Positions 21,818-31,896 of a stretch of 64,000 nucleotides of DNA are shown here, in pieces; within the stretch, counting starts at the first letter, position 1; every line of letters starts with the position of its first letter. The notes under the pieces were generated by a model. That model had not been told where the DNA came from. It saw only the letters and a list, made by a program, of their open reading frames with translations, and did not search any database. The DNA lies in assembly GCA_965202665.1 (NCBI GenBank), contig OZ241841.1, positions 1,984,001 to 2,048,000 on the forward strand, in the 5' to 3' direction. The position numbers and the translations under genes are program-made. The DNA comes from Candidatus Spongiisociaceae bacterium (GTDB lineage Bacteria; Actinomycetota; Acidimicrobiia; Spongiisociales; Spongiisociaceae).

Positions 21818-22768
21818 TCAGGAGCGGGCCCTCCGCAGAACTTCGTCGATGGGGGTGGATGCCAAGTCGCCCACCTCCTGCACGTATTCATACCCGAACC
21901 GCCCTTTGATGCACAGGTGGCCGGAGGTTATCGCATGGTCCATGGGGGAAGTCACCTTGACGATCCGGTTGTCCTGCACATGCAGTTCCAGGTTGCAGCC
22001 CACCCCGCAGTAGGAGCAGACGGTCCGCGTCACGGTCTGACGTTCCTCCGCCCACATCTCCGCCTCCCGCAGTTCGTGTTCGCTGCGGAACATAAGAGCC
22101 CCGGTGGGGCAAACCCCGATGCAGTTACCGCAGAACACGCAGGCCGAGTCGGTCAGCCCGGTGTCGAATTCGGTGGAAATGCGGGCCTCGAATCCCCGCC
22201 CTGCCACCGCGATGGCGAATGTATTCTGGGCGTCTTCGCCGCAGGCCTCTACGCACTTGTAGCAGAGTATGCACCGGGAATAGTCCCTGATGTACAAGGC
22301 GTTGTCCACTTTTACCGGTTGCCGCACGGTTTCCGCCTCCTGTCCGTTGACGGGGGGATGATGGCCCGCCGTCCGCCGATCGCGGTCCTCGGCGGGGGGA
22401 GCGGGCGGCCCATAACGGCGCGGGTCGCATCCGTACTCTTCCATCCAGCGGCGGGTTTCCCCGTCTACCAGATCCAGGTCCGTGGAGGAGGCCAGAAATT
22501 CCAGCACCATACGCCGGGAAAGACGCACCCGTTCGCTGTCGGTGAAGACCGCCATCCCCTCCTCCGCCGGGCGGCTGCAGGAGGGGATCAGGGTGCGGGA
22601 GCCCTCCACTTCCACCACGCACACCCGGCAGACGTTCACCGGGGTCAAGTTTTCCAGATAGCAGAGGGTGGGTTGACCGAGGCCCGCCGTCCGGCAGGCG
22701 TCCAGAATGGTGTCCCCGGCGGCGACGGTCACCTCCGTTCCGTCGATGGTGATGGTCGTTTCACCCAT
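21818..22768 (-). CDS. Formate dehydrogenase iron-sulfur subunit (FdsA/NuoG N-terminal-like, 2Fe-2S + 4Fe-4S)
   Basis: PTLC..CRVCVVE..C; CILCYKC; CVFCGNC..CP; CSYCGVGC..C-KGRFG. Confidence 0.88.
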   Translation of the reverse strand: MGETTITIDGTEVTVAAGDTILDACRTAGLGQPTLCYLENLTPVNVCRVCVVEVEGSRTLIPSCSRPAEEGMAVFTDSERVRLSRRMVLEFLASSTDLDLVDGETRRWMEEYGCDPRRYGPPAPPAEDRDRRTAGHHPPVNGQEAETVRQPVKVDNALYIRDYSRCILCYKCVEACGEDAQNTFAIAVAGRGFEARISTEFDTGLTDSACVFCGNCIGVCPTGALMFRSEHELREAEMWAEERQTVTRTVCSYCGVGCNLELHVQDNRIVKVTSPMDHAITSGHLCIKGRFGYEYVQEVGDLASTPIDEVLRRARS

Positions 22769-24563
22769 CGCCCGACTCCAACAGTCCCAGTTCCGCCGCC
22801 GACCGGATGGCGGAGGAGGCGGTGTGCCCCAGTCCGCAGATGGAAGCGTCCGCCATCACCTGCGCCACATCCGAGAACAGATCCCACTCCCACTCCCCTC
22901 CGGCCAGGCGCCGTTCCAGCAGTTCTTCCTGCCGCACCGTTCCCACCCGGCAGGGGACGCACTGCCCGCACGATTCGTCCCGGAAGAAACGGGCGATGCG
23001 GCGCGCGGCGTCTCCAAAGTCGGTTCCGGGCCCGAACGCGCACACCACCCCCGACCCCAGGGTCGCCCCCCGGGCCCGGGCGTCCTCGAAGGTGAGGGGC
23101 ATGTCAAACTGGTCGGGGTCGACGAACACCCCCGCCGCCCCGCCCAGCAGAACCGCCGCCGCCCCGCCCCCGACGGTTCCGCCCGCCTTTTCCAGCAACC
23201 CGCCCAAGGTTTCCCCGAACTCCACCTCGTACAGCCCCGGCCGCCCCACATCCCCCGCTAGGCAGAACAATTTGGTTCCGGTGGAATCGGGGGTTCCCAC
23301 CGCCGCGAAGGCCGCCCCTCCCCGCAATACGATTTCCGGCACGTTGAGCAAGGTTTCCACGTTGTTAATGACCGTGGGCCGCCCGAACAGCCCCGCTACG
23401 GTGGGGAAAGGGGGCTTGTTGCGGGGCTCGCCCCGCTTGCCCTCGATGGAATTCATCAGGGCCGTTTCCTCCCCGCAGATGTAGGCCCCGCCGCCCCGCC
23501 GGATCTCAATGTCAAACGCCCGTCCCGACCCGGCGACGTCGTTTCCCAGCAGGCCGGCCCGCCGCGCCCCGGCTACGGCCTTCTCCATTCTTTCCGTCGC
23601 CAAAGGATACTCGGCCCTTATGTACAGGTATCCGATCTCCGCCCCCACGGCCAGCCCGGCGATGGTCATGGACTCCGTCAGGGCGAACGGGTCGCCTTCC
23701 ATCAAAACCCGGTCTTTGAAGGTGCCCGGCTCGGACTCGTCGGCGTTGCAGATCAGATAACGGGGGCGGTCGGGGGAGCGGGCCACCGCCTCCCATTTGA
23801 TCCCGGCCGGGAAAGCCGCCCCGCCCCGCCCCCGCAACCGGGAGGCCTTGACTTCTTCGATAACCCGCTCCGGGCCGATTTCGATCGCCCGGCGCAGGGC
23901 CGCGTAGCCCCCCGTCCGCCGATAATCATCCAGCGAAAGGGGATCCGCCGTCCCTATTCGGCGCAGCAACCGCAACCCGGCCTCACCCTGTTGGGGAAGG
24001 GGCGGCGGGGCCGGGGGAGGGGGGGCTTCCGAGTCGAGGCAGGCCGCCACATAAGCGGCGTCGGCCCCGGTCGCGGCCAAGTCGCGCCTACCCGCCCGTT
24101 GGATGAAAGCGGCCGGGGCCCGGTCGCACTGGCCCAGGCAGGGGCTGGGATGGACATCGCCCCGCCCCCGCAGCGAAGCCAGAATCTCCGTACCGCCCCT
24201 CCGCCGGCACACTACGTCGTCGCAGATGTGGGCCACCCGGCGGGGACGTTCCGTCAACGACAGCAGAGCGTAGAAACTGGCCACTCCGTAGGCTTCCGCC
24301 GGGGGGACGATCAGCCGCTCGCATATGTAATTGAGGGCCCCCCGGCTGATCCAGCCCACTTGATCGGAAACGGCGTGCAAAGCGGGGAGCAACAGATGTC
24401 GTCGTTCGATCATGCGCCGGTATCCACCCGGGGCGGTGCGCATCATCGGCGAGGGGCCGGCCTCCCCGTTTTCGGCCGGGTTCGCCCCCTCCTCCGTTGC
24501 GGGCGCGCCCAAGAGCCGGTCGACCGCCTCCCGCTCCTCGGCGGTGGGGGCGGCGGACATCAA
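22761..24563 (-). CDS. NuoE/NuoF-like fused diaphorase subunit of NAD-dependent formate dehydrogenase
   Basis: CLGQCDRAP; LRGRGGAAFP, NADESEPGTFKD, YICGEETAL, ESCGQCVPC, SICGLG; conserved DLRL segment just upstream suggests the start may be near 24575. Confidence 0.9.
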   Translation of the reverse strand: MMSAAPTAEEREAVDRLLGAPATEEGANPAENGEAGPSPMMRTAPGGYRRMIERRHLLLPALHAVSDQVGWISRGALNYICERLIVPPAEAYGVASFYALLSLTERPRRVAHICDDVVCRRRGGTEILASLRGRGDVHPSPCLGQCDRAPAAFIQRAGRRDLAATGADAAYVAACLDSEAPPPPAPPPLPQQGEAGLRLLRRIGTADPLSLDDYRRTGGYAALRRAIEIGPERVIEEVKASRLRGRGGAAFPAGIKWEAVARSPDRPRYLICNADESEPGTFKDRVLMEGDPFALTESMTIAGLAVGAEIGYLYIRAEYPLATERMEKAVAGARRAGLLGNDVAGSGRAFDIEIRRGGGAYICGEETALMNSIEGKRGEPRNKPPFPTVAGLFGRPTVINNVETLLNVPEIVLRGGAAFAAVGTPDSTGTKLFCLAGDVGRPGLYEVEFGETLGGLLEKAGGTVGGGAAAVLLGGAAGVFVDPDQFDMPLTFEDARARGATLGSGVVCAFGPGTDFGDAARRIARFFRDESCGQCVPCRVGTVRQEELLERRLAGGEWEWDLFSDVAQVMADASICGLGHTASSAIRSAAELGLLESGDG

Positions 24564-24571
24564 CCGCAGGT

Positions 24572-26472
24572 CTATGGGGAAACTCCGTGCGGGACCGCCC
24601 GCTCAATGCGCACCGCGGTGGCTTTGAACTCGGAGGTGCCCGATTTTGGGTCCCAGGCGTCGGTGGTGAGCAGGTTGACATCCGCTTCGTCCGGGTCGTG
24701 GCAGCTCATAAAAGCCAACCCGCCCGCAACGACCGATGGAAGAACACCGGAACGGCGATGGAACCCCGGCGGGAGATGACATTCACCAGCTCGCCTTCCC
24801 GCAGTCCCATATGCTCCCCGTCCTCGGGGGCGATTTCCACCGCCGCCGCACCCCGCAAGGGAGAGTCGTATCCCGCCGACTGCACCCCGGTGTTGTAGGA
24901 GTCCAAGCGGCGGCCGGTGGTGAGGCGGATCGGGTATTCCCCGGACAGGCCGTCGCGCGGGGGGGCCCAAGGGGCGGGTGTGAAAGAGGCGGGCGGGCGG
25001 GTCAGGGGGCGCTCCCACAGGTCGCCGTGCAGGAACTGCGTGCCGGGATGCTTCTCGTCCGGGCAGGGCCACTGAATGCCCCCGGACGACTCCAACCGGG
25101 TATAGGACATTCCGCGGTGCATGGGGGACAGGCTGCGCACTTCTTCCCACACTTCCTCGGCGGAGGGGAAACCCCACCCGCGGCCCATCCGTTCCGCCAA
25201 CCCGGAGATGATGTCCAGGTCGTCCCGGGCCTGGCCGGGGGGGTGAAGGGCCCGGCGCACCCGTTGCACCCGTCGCTCCGAGTTGGTGACGGTGCCTTCC
25301 GATTCGGCCCATCCGGCGGCGGCCGGCAACACCACATCGGCCATTTGGGCGGTGCGGGTCAGGAAAATGTCCTGCACCACCAGAAAATCCAGGCCTTCCA
25401 TAACTTCCCGGACATGGGCGGCCCGGGCTTCGGACTGGGCCGGGTTTTCCCCGATGATGTACAGGCCGGTCAGTTCCTTGCGTTCCATCGCCTCCAGCAT
25501 GAGGGTGAGGTGCCAGCCGATGCGGGGCGGGACGGGCGCTCCCCAGCGGGTTTGGAACGGGGCGCGGAGGTCCGGGTCCTCCACATCTTGGAAACCGGGC
25601 AGTTTGTTGGGTATGGCTCCCATATCGCCCCCGCCCTGCACGTTGTTCTGCCCCCGCAACGGAACCAGGCCCGAACCGTAACGGCCCACATGCCCGGTGA
25701 GCAGGGCCAAGTTGATCAGGGACAGCACGTTGTCGGTGGCGTTGTGATGTTCGGTGATGCCCAATGTCCAGCAGATCTGGGCTGATTTGGCTGTTGCGTA
25801 ATCGCGGGCCATCTGTTGGATGACGGCCGCCGGGACGCCGGTCACCTGCTCGCCGCGCCGCAAAGTCCACTCGTCCACCGCCGCCGCGTAGCCGTCGAAT
25901 CCGGTGGTGGAGCGGGAAATGAAGTCCGAGTTATGCAGGCCGGCCGCGATTATCTCCCGTCCCACCGCGTTGGCTAAGGCGATGTCCGACCCCACGTCGA
26001 TTCCCAGCCAGGTATCCGCCCACTTGGTGGAGCTGGTGCGACGGGGATCCACCGCGTACATTTTCGCCCCCGCCCGCAAGCCCCGCATCAGGTGGTGAAA
26101 AAAGATGGGGTGCGCCTCGCGGGCGTTGGAACCCCACAACAGAACCAGGTCGGTGGTTTCGATTTCTTGGTAGGAGGAAGTTCCGCCTCCCACTCCCAGC
26201 GCGGTCGCCAGACCGGCGACCGAAGGAGCGTGTCAGGTGCGGTTGCAGGAGTCGATGTTGTTGGACCCCATCACCGCCCGGGCGAACTTCTGCGCCAGGT
26301 AGTTGACCTCGTTGGTGGCCTTGGAGCAGGAAAACATCCCAAAGTCATTACCCCGGTGCCCGGACAGCCCGCGGGCCGCCTCATCCAGGGCTTGTTCCCA
26401 TGAGGCCTCCGTCAACTCCCCGCCGCGTCGCACCAAAGGCGCGGTCAGCCGGACATTGTACGGTTTTGCCAT
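24572..26472 (-). CDS. Formate dehydrogenase catalytic subunit (Mo/W-bis-PGD), selenocysteine at TGA 26233-26235; 1-nt frameshift near 24720
   Basis: ORFs 26233-26472 and 24706-26193 are in frame across NRT-U-HAPSVAGL; LRGQNNVQG motif; C-terminal DPKSGTSEFK lies in another frame. Confidence 0.88.
26202..26222 (-). promoter_or_regulatory. Bacterial SECIS element
   Basis: cggtcgcc-GGTCT-ggcgaccg hairpin 10 nt after the in-frame UGA; loop and spacing resemble the E. coli fdhF SECIS. Confidence 0.82.
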
Positions 26473-26533
26473 TTTTCACCTCCTTCCCCGGGAAATTTCC
26501 CGCGCCGGATTGGGGATGGGCTCCCCCCGGCTC

Positions 26534-28300
26534 TCAGAACAGGCCGACGATGCGCCCCTCCTCGTCCAGATCCACATCCATGTAGGCGGGTTTGGTTCCC
26601 AGCCCCGGCATAGTGCGGATCTCGCCCAGCAAGGGCACCAGGAAACCGGCCCCCACCGCCGCCCGCACTTCCCGCACCGGTACGGTGAACCCGGAGGGGC
26701 GCCCTTTCAGGGTGGGGTCGTGGGACAGGGAAAGGTGGGTTTTGGCCATGCAAACGGGCAGGTAGCCGAACCCGGTGCGTTCCAAGTCGGCGATCTGCCC
26801 GTTGGCGGCCGGGGAGTACTCCACCCCGGCCGCTCCGTATACGTCGCGGGCCACGGCCTCTATTTTTTCCTTGATGGACAACTCCAGAGGATACAGGAAA
26901 CGGAAATCCCGTTCGCCCTGCGCCGCATCCGCCACCGCCTCCGCCAAGCGCAAAGCCCCCTTCCCCCCCTCGGCCCAGTGGTGGGCGGTGACGGCGGCCG
27001 TCGCCCCCGATTCGAGGGCCGCCCGTTCCACCGCCTCCAACTCGTGCTGCGTGTCGGTGGGGAAGGCGTTCACGGCCGCCACCACCGGCACTCCGAAGCG
27101 CCGGGCGGTCTCAATGTGCGCCGTCAGGTTGCCCAAGCCGGCCTGCAGCAACGGCAGGTTCTCCTGGGTGTAAGCCGAATCCAATCTCCGCCCCGCCACC
27201 ACCCGCGGTCCCCCCCCGTGGGTTTTCAAGGCGCGGACGGTGGCCACCAAAACCACCGCATCCGGCGCCAGCCCCGAAGCCCGGCATTTGATGTTGAAGA
27301 ACTTCTCCATTCCCATATCGGCCCCGAACCCGGATTCGGTTACCACGTATTCTCCCAGATGCAGGGCCAGCCGATCGGCCAGGATGGAGGAGTTGCCGTG
27401 GGCGATGTTGGCGAACGGCCCGGCGTGCACGAAGGCCGCTTGGCCCTCCAGGGTTTGCATGAGCGTGGGATGCAGGGTGTCTTTCATCAAAACCGCCACC
27501 GCCCCCGCCACTCCCACATCGTCCAAGGTGATCGGTTCGCCGGCCTTGTTGCGGCCGATTACCACCCGCCCGCAACGTTCCCGCAGGTTGCGCAGGGCGG
27601 AGGGGTAATCGTTGCCGTCTGCCAAGGCCAAGATGGCCATCAGTTCGGACGCCACCGTGATGTCGTATCCGGTTTCCCGGGGGCGCCCGTCCAGTCGCCC
27701 GCCCAACCCGACCACGACGTTGCGCAGCGAACGGTCGTTTATGTCAACCACCCGCCGCCATTCGGTGCGGAACACGTCGATGTCCAGCCTTTCCAAACCG
27801 ACCGCCTCCAGTTGATCATCGGACATGCGCCGTTCGTGGTACCAGCGGGCGTCGATGGCGGCCGCGGCCAGGTTGTGGGCGGCGCTTATGGCGTGGATGT
27901 CCCCGGTCAGGTGCAGGTTGAACTCGTCCATGGGGACCACTTGGCTGTAGCCGCCCCCGGCCGCCCCCCCTTTGATGCCGAAGGTGGGGCCCATGGAGGG
28001 CTGGCGGATGGCGGCGACGGCCCGTTTGCCCAACGCCCCCAGGCCCTGGGTGAGGCCGATGGTGGTGGTGGTTTTGCCTTCTCCCAGCGGGGTGGGGGTG
28101 ATGGCGGTTACGTCGATGTATTTGCCCGTCGGACGGGAGCCAACTCGTTTCAGGATGTCCAAGTGCACTTTTGCTTTGGCGTGCCCGTAGGGGATCAGCT
28201 CGTCCGGTTCTATGCCCACCGAGTCGGCGACTTCGGTTATCGGACGCACCCGGGCCGCTTGGGCGATGGCCAGGTCGGAGGGTACTTTGGCGTAGGGCAT
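26534..28300 (-). CDS. fhs: Formate--tetrahydrofolate ligase
   Basis: TPTPLGEGKTT, KGGAAGGGYSQ, HAGPFANIAHG, VCMAKT, TMPGL; start MPYAKVPSD after AAGGAAG. Confidence 0.96.
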   Translation of the reverse strand: MPYAKVPSDLAIAQAARVRPITEVADSVGIEPDELIPYGHAKAKVHLDILKRVGSRPTGKYIDVTAITPTPLGEGKTTTTIGLTQGLGALGKRAVAAIRQPSMGPTFGIKGGAAGGGYSQVVPMDEFNLHLTGDIHAISAAHNLAAAAIDARWYHERRMSDDQLEAVGLERLDIDVFRTEWRRVVDINDRSLRNVVVGLGGRLDGRPRETGYDITVASELMAILALADGNDYPSALRNLRERCGRVVIGRNKAGEPITLDDVGVAGAVAVLMKDTLHPTLMQTLEGQAAFVHAGPFANIAHGNSSILADRLALHLGEYVVTESGFGADMGMEKFFNIKCRASGLAPDAVVLVATVRALKTHGGGPRVVAGRRLDSAYTQENLPLLQAGLGNLTAHIETARRFGVPVVAAVNAFPTDTQHELEAVERAALESGATAAVTAHHWAEGGKGALRLAEAVADAAQGERDFRFLYPLELSIKEKIEAVARDVYGAAGVEYSPAANGQIADLERTGFGYLPVCMAKTHLSLSHDPTLKGRPSGFTVPVREVRAAVGAGFLVPLLGEIRTMPGLGTKPAYMDVDLDEEGRIVGLF

Positions 28301-28495
28301 GGGCTTCCTTGCTGAGGATGCGTTGCGGATGCGAAATTTCATATTACCACGATACGGAACAGTTCCGCATTGCGGTACGGGCGGGTTTCCCGCCCGCAAA
28401 CGCCTGCAAAAATAAAACCGGGATACTAGGGTGTAGCCAACTGGGCGGTTAGGATGGGCAAGGGGGGCGAACATGCCGCGGGAGAGAGGAGCGGA

Positions 28496-29722
28496 GTGTC
28501 TGAATCTAACGGGGACGCTATCGTCCGCTTGGAGAACGTATATAAGATTTTCGGGCCGCAACCGCACGGTCGGGCTTTTGACCTGACGCGGTCCGGAGTC
28601 GGCAAAGACGAGGTGTTGCGGCAGTCGGGGCATGTGGTGGGCCTCAACGATGTAAACTTTTCAGTTCACCAAGGGGAGATTTTCGTGGTGATGGGTTTGT
28701 CTGGATCGGGCAAATCCACCGCCATCCGCACCGTCAACAAGTTGTTCCACACCACCTACGGACATGTGTGGGTGGACGGAACCGATGTGCAGACTTTGGA
28801 CGGCAAAACCTTGCAATCGTTTCGCCGGGAGAAGATGGGGATGGTGTTTCAGCATTTCGCCCTCTTCCCGCATCGGACGGTCATCTACAACGTGGGCTAC
28901 GGGCTGAAAGTGCAGAAGGTGGACAAAAGGGACCGGGATGCGGCTTCTATGAAAGCGCTGTCCCTGGTGGGGTTGGAGCCCTACGCCGACAACCTGCCCC
29001 GGGAACTGTCGGGGGGCATGCAGCAACGGGTGGGCTTGGCCCGGGCGCTGGCCTCCGACCCTGACATTTTGCTGATGGACGAAGCCTTCTCCGCGTTGGA
29101 TCCGCTTATCCGCCGCCAGATGCAGGACGAGATGATGGAAATCCAGAACGAGTTGCACAAGACCATTCTGTTTATCACCCACGATCTGAACGAGGCCCTG
29201 CGCATCGGGGATCGGGTGTGCATCATGAAAGACGGAGCGGTGGTGCAAATCGGCACCCCCGAGGAAATACTGACCGAACCCGCCACCGGTTACGTGGCCG
29301 AGTTCGTCCAAGATGTGGACCAGGGGCGGGTAATCGAAGTGCGGGAGGTAATGACCCGGCCCGATCCGTTGCAGGCCGGAATGACCCTGACGGAGGCGGT
29401 GTCCCACATCGGGGACCGCACCGGGGCCTTCGTGGTGGATGGGGACGGCCGTCCCGCCAGCCTGCTCACCCTGTCCGACGCGTTGCGGGCCGCCGGGACG
29501 GGATCCTCCGACATGAGCGCCGCCCTGCGCCAGGACTTCGACCAGACCGACGTCCACACCTGCCTGAACTCGGTGTACGCCGCCGCCGGACGGGGGTTGC
29601 CGATAGCGGTGGTGGACGAGTCGGGGGTGTTGGTGGGCAACCTGGATCCCCGGTTGATCATGGAGGAGATGGGACGGGTGGAGCAACTAATCGACGGCTT
29701 TGAACGGGAGACGTTCCTATGA
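28496..29722 (+). CDS. proV: Glycine betaine/proline-type ABC transporter ATP-binding subunit with CBS domains
   Basis: VMGLSGSGKST, ELSGGMQQRVGLARAL, MDEAFSALDPLIR; GTG start after GAGGAG (ATG 28454 is an alternative). Confidence 0.92.
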   Translation: MSESNGDAIVRLENVYKIFGPQPHGRAFDLTRSGVGKDEVLRQSGHVVGLNDVNFSVHQGEIFVVMGLSGSGKSTAIRTVNKLFHTTYGHVWVDGTDVQTLDGKTLQSFRREKMGMVFQHFALFPHRTVIYNVGYGLKVQKVDKRDRDAASMKALSLVGLEPYADNLPRELSGGMQQRVGLARALASDPDILLMDEAFSALDPLIRRQMQDEMMEIQNELHKTILFITHDLNEALRIGDRVCIMKDGAVVQIGTPEEILTEPATGYVAEFVQDVDQGRVIEVREVMTRPDPLQAGMTLTEAVSHIGDRTGAFVVDGDGRPASLLTLSDALRAAGTGSSDMSAALRQDFDQTDVHTCLNSVYAAAGRGLPIAVVDESGVLVGNLDPRLIMEEMGRVEQLIDGFERETFL

Positions 29723-31896
29723 GTTGGATAACCAGGTTCGCCAATTTGCTGGCCCAGGCCGGCGGCGCCGAAGGAGTTGAAGGGGGGGTGGGAATTCGGG
29801 ACAACAAATTGTTGGACGAGTGGCGCATACCTTTTGGCGACTGGGCCGAACAAGCGGTTTTCTGGATGGACAACAACCTGCAGACCCTGCTGGATATCGC
29901 CAACTGGCCTTTTGAAAGGATGATCAGCTTCCTGGTGCGGGACATTCTCAGCAACGTGTCCTGGGTGTGGGTGGTGCTGGTGATGATGATCGTCGCCACC
30001 CTGGTGCGCAACATCAAAGTGGGGGTGTTCGTGGGGGTGTCCCTTTTCATATGCGGAATCTTGGGAGACATTTATTGGCTGGAGACGGCCCGCACTATCG
30101 GGTTCGTAGGGGTGGCGGTGGTGTTGTGCGTGATCGTGGGGATACCGATCGGCATCGCCTGCGGCCGGTTTGACGGCATCTGGAAGGTGGTGCGGCCGGT
30201 TTTGGACGCCATGCAGGTTATCCACTCCTTCGTCTATATGTTGCCGTTTATTTTCTTCTGGGGAATCGGCGAGGTGTCGGCCACGATGGTAACCATGGTG
30301 TTCGCCCTCCCTCCGCTAATCCGCCTCACCAATCTGGGAATCCGCCAAGTGCCCGCCGATGTGGTGGAAGCCTCCCGGGCCTACGGGGCTTCGGAACGGA
30401 GGGTGTTGTTCGATGTTCAGATTCCGCTGGCCCGGCCCGCCATTATGACCGGCATCAACCAAACCTTGTTGCTGTCCATTTCCATGTTGGGAATCGCCGC
30501 CATTATGGGGGCGGGGGGTTTGGGGCGCCTGCTGTTCCAAGCCATCAACAACCAGGACGTATCCCAAGCGGCCGCCGCCGGGTTGGCTTTCTTTTTGGTG
30601 GCGGTGGTGCTGGACCGGATGTCCCAGCGGGAGGAAACCGATTCCGCCAACCTGTTCCGCCGCATCCGCCTGGCTTGGGCGCACCGTCGCGACCCGGAGG
30701 TCCTGCTGGAGAATCAAGAGGCCTCCGCAGTGGTCAAGTTCAAGGAAACCCACCGCTACGCTCCGGTGACGGCCGCCGAGCGCCTGCCGATGGTGCTGGC
30801 CGTGGCGGGCGGCGCCTTGGCTTTGTTGTCGGTGTTTCTGCCTTGGACCGCCGATGCGGGCAAGATGAGCGCTTACGGACGATGGGCGGATCTTTCCACG
30901 GAAGGCGAGATGGCGGGGATGGTGTTCAGCGGTTTGCATTCCTCCGGAGGCAGCTGGTTCGGCATTTCCATTCTGTTTTTCAGCATTTTCGCCATTTTGG
31001 CGGTGATCGTAGGCTGGGCCCGTCCGGGGCGCGGTCCCCGCTGGCTGGCGGCGGATGGAGCGGTGATCGCCTCCTTGGGGATTTTGATTCTGGCCGTCGC
31101 TCATTTGCTGGCCCGGCCCGCCTCCGCGTCCATTCCCAACGCTCTGCATCCCGGTACCGGACTGGGGGTGGTTTTGGCGTTGGCGGGGGGCTTGGCGGCG
31201 GTCGCCGGGTCCATTTGGTGGATGTGGTTAGCCGATCACACCCCGTTGCACCCGCTCCGCTCCGAGGTGGCTTGGGGCAGGTTGATCGGGGCGGGGGTGG
31301 CTATTTTGGTTTTGGTAATAGGAATGTTTTCCGGTTGGAGTTTCGACGAACGGGAACGGGAAATCATCACTCCGGAATTGCAGGCGCAGATCGATCAACT
31401 GATGTGGGAGGCGGAGCAACCGGGGGCCGACTTGGGGGCGATCGCCACTGAGTTGCTGGTGTTGCGGGCGAAGGCCATCCGTTCGGAGCGATTGGTAACG
31501 GACGGGTTGAGCAGCCAAGGACCGGGTTTGGGCCTGTGGGGGCTGATCGTCGGGGCGCTGGGGTTTTTGGCCAGTCTGTTCGCCATCGGCCTATTCGGTT
31601 CCGATGAACGAAGACTCTGGCATTGGAGCACGATTACGGCCGGGTTGGGGATGGGAGCCGCTTTGATCGGATTCGCCTGGGTTTTCACCCATGTCCGGTC
31701 GGCCGACCCCAACTATCTGACCGGAATCGGGGCCTTTTTAACCATGGCCGGCGGAATGTTCCTGGTGGCTTCCAACATGTCGGTGCTGAAAGAGTTCCGA
31801 CGAGCCAAGGTGTACGACGATCCTCAAGTTGAATCAGGGCCGGACGGCCAAGCGGCGGAGCAGACCGCAGAGGAGCGGGCGGAGGCCCTGGTTTGA
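29719..31896 (+). CDS. proW: Glycine betaine-type ABC permease with large extra C-terminal membrane region
   Basis: IPFGDW, RPVLDAMQ, PPLIRLTNLGIRQV, EAS-AYG loop, GAGGLG; ~380 further residues with ~8 hydrophobic segments. Confidence 0.85.
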   Translation: MSWITRFANLLAQAGGAEGVEGGVGIRDNKLLDEWRIPFGDWAEQAVFWMDNNLQTLLDIANWPFERMISFLVRDILSNVSWVWVVLVMMIVATLVRNIKVGVFVGVSLFICGILGDIYWLETARTIGFVGVAVVLCVIVGIPIGIACGRFDGIWKVVRPVLDAMQVIHSFVYMLPFIFFWGIGEVSATMVTMVFALPPLIRLTNLGIRQVPADVVEASRAYGASERRVLFDVQIPLARPAIMTGINQTLLLSISMLGIAAIMGAGGLGRLLFQAINNQDVSQAAAAGLAFFLVAVVLDRMSQREETDSANLFRRIRLAWAHRRDPEVLLENQEASAVVKFKETHRYAPVTAAERLPMVLAVAGGALALLSVFLPWTADAGKMSAYGRWADLSTEGEMAGMVFSGLHSSGGSWFGISILFFSIFAILAVIVGWARPGRGPRWLAADGAVIASLGILILAVAHLLARPASASIPNALHPGTGLGVVLALAGGLAAVAGSIWWMWLADHTPLHPLRSEVAWGRLIGAGVAILVLVIGMFSGWSFDEREREIITPELQAQIDQLMWEAEQPGADLGAIATELLVLRAKAIRSERLVTDGLSSQGPGLGLWGLIVGALGFLASLFAIGLFGSDERRLWHWSTITAGLGMGAALIGFAWVFTHVRSADPNYLTGIGAFLTMAGGMFLVASNMSVLKEFRRAKVYDDPQVESGPDGQAAEQTAEERAEALV

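Noticed and set aside
26233-26472. Stand-alone 79-aa gene or nonsense-truncated FDH
   Set aside because: The TGA is at the catalytic Cys/Sec position and is followed by a SECIS-like hairpin
28301-28495. THF or ZTP riboswitch upstream of fhs
   Set aside because: Only a simple hairpin (cgggcggg-ttt-cccgcccg) and -10-like hexamers; no aptamer consensus recognisable
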